From positions 72,480,001-72,544,000 of the forward strand of contig CM059432.1 in assembly GCA_030390025.1 (NCBI GenBank): DNA of 64,000 nucleotides, given 5' to 3'. The position numbers and the translations under genes were made by a program. The stretch comes from Squalus acanthias (taxonomy: Eukaryota). Under the pieces are notes generated by a model, which was given only the letters and a program-made list of their open reading frames with translations, searched no databases and was not told where the DNA came from. Below, in pieces: positions 63,831 to 64,000 of this stretch; position 1 is the stretch's first letter; each line of letters starts with the position of its first letter.

Positions 63831-64000
63831 GCAAAGCCTACCCTCAGTCCTACCTGATAAAAATGTTTATTAAGTCCAGGAGTATGACATTGCAACTCTT
63901 TGCTGTACTTCAGGTTTCATGGCATTCAACATTTTCCAAGAGAATCTCACTGCCCCTGCTAAACGTTACCACTGAATATCTACATTCCCATGCCTATATA

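Overview
Eukaryotic, repeat-rich vertebrate DNA. The CR1/L2 LINEs, Penelope-like elements, Deu-domain SINEs and Harbinger-type transposons point to a cartilaginous fish (shark); this is an inference from the repeat repertoire. One host gene is supported: a p97-adaptor of the NSFL1C/p47-UBXN2B/p37 family on the + strand, with a CpG-island start at 37446 and coding exons 37446-37556, 54034-54137, 61078/61081-61158 and 62488-62653, continuing past the window. Almost everything else is nested mobile DNA: a near-full-length CR1 (31448-35820), an EN-RT LINE with a tRNA-like 5' head (27838-31357), Penelope-like pieces with hammerhead ribozyme cores, several PIF/Harbinger-type elements carrying a 3-exon Myb/SANT gene and transposase remnants, many TIR-bounded non-autonomous elements, and a 1.4-kb 9-mer satellite inside a Harbinger element. 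Most notable: two different transposons inserted at the same nucleotide of two copies of one host MITE; the tRNA-headed LINE; an intact minimal hammerhead core; and a UBXN2B-like gene that keeps NSFL1C-type UBA and exon structure. Element labels A-G are mine. All calls were made by eye, and boundaries of degenerate repeats are approximate.
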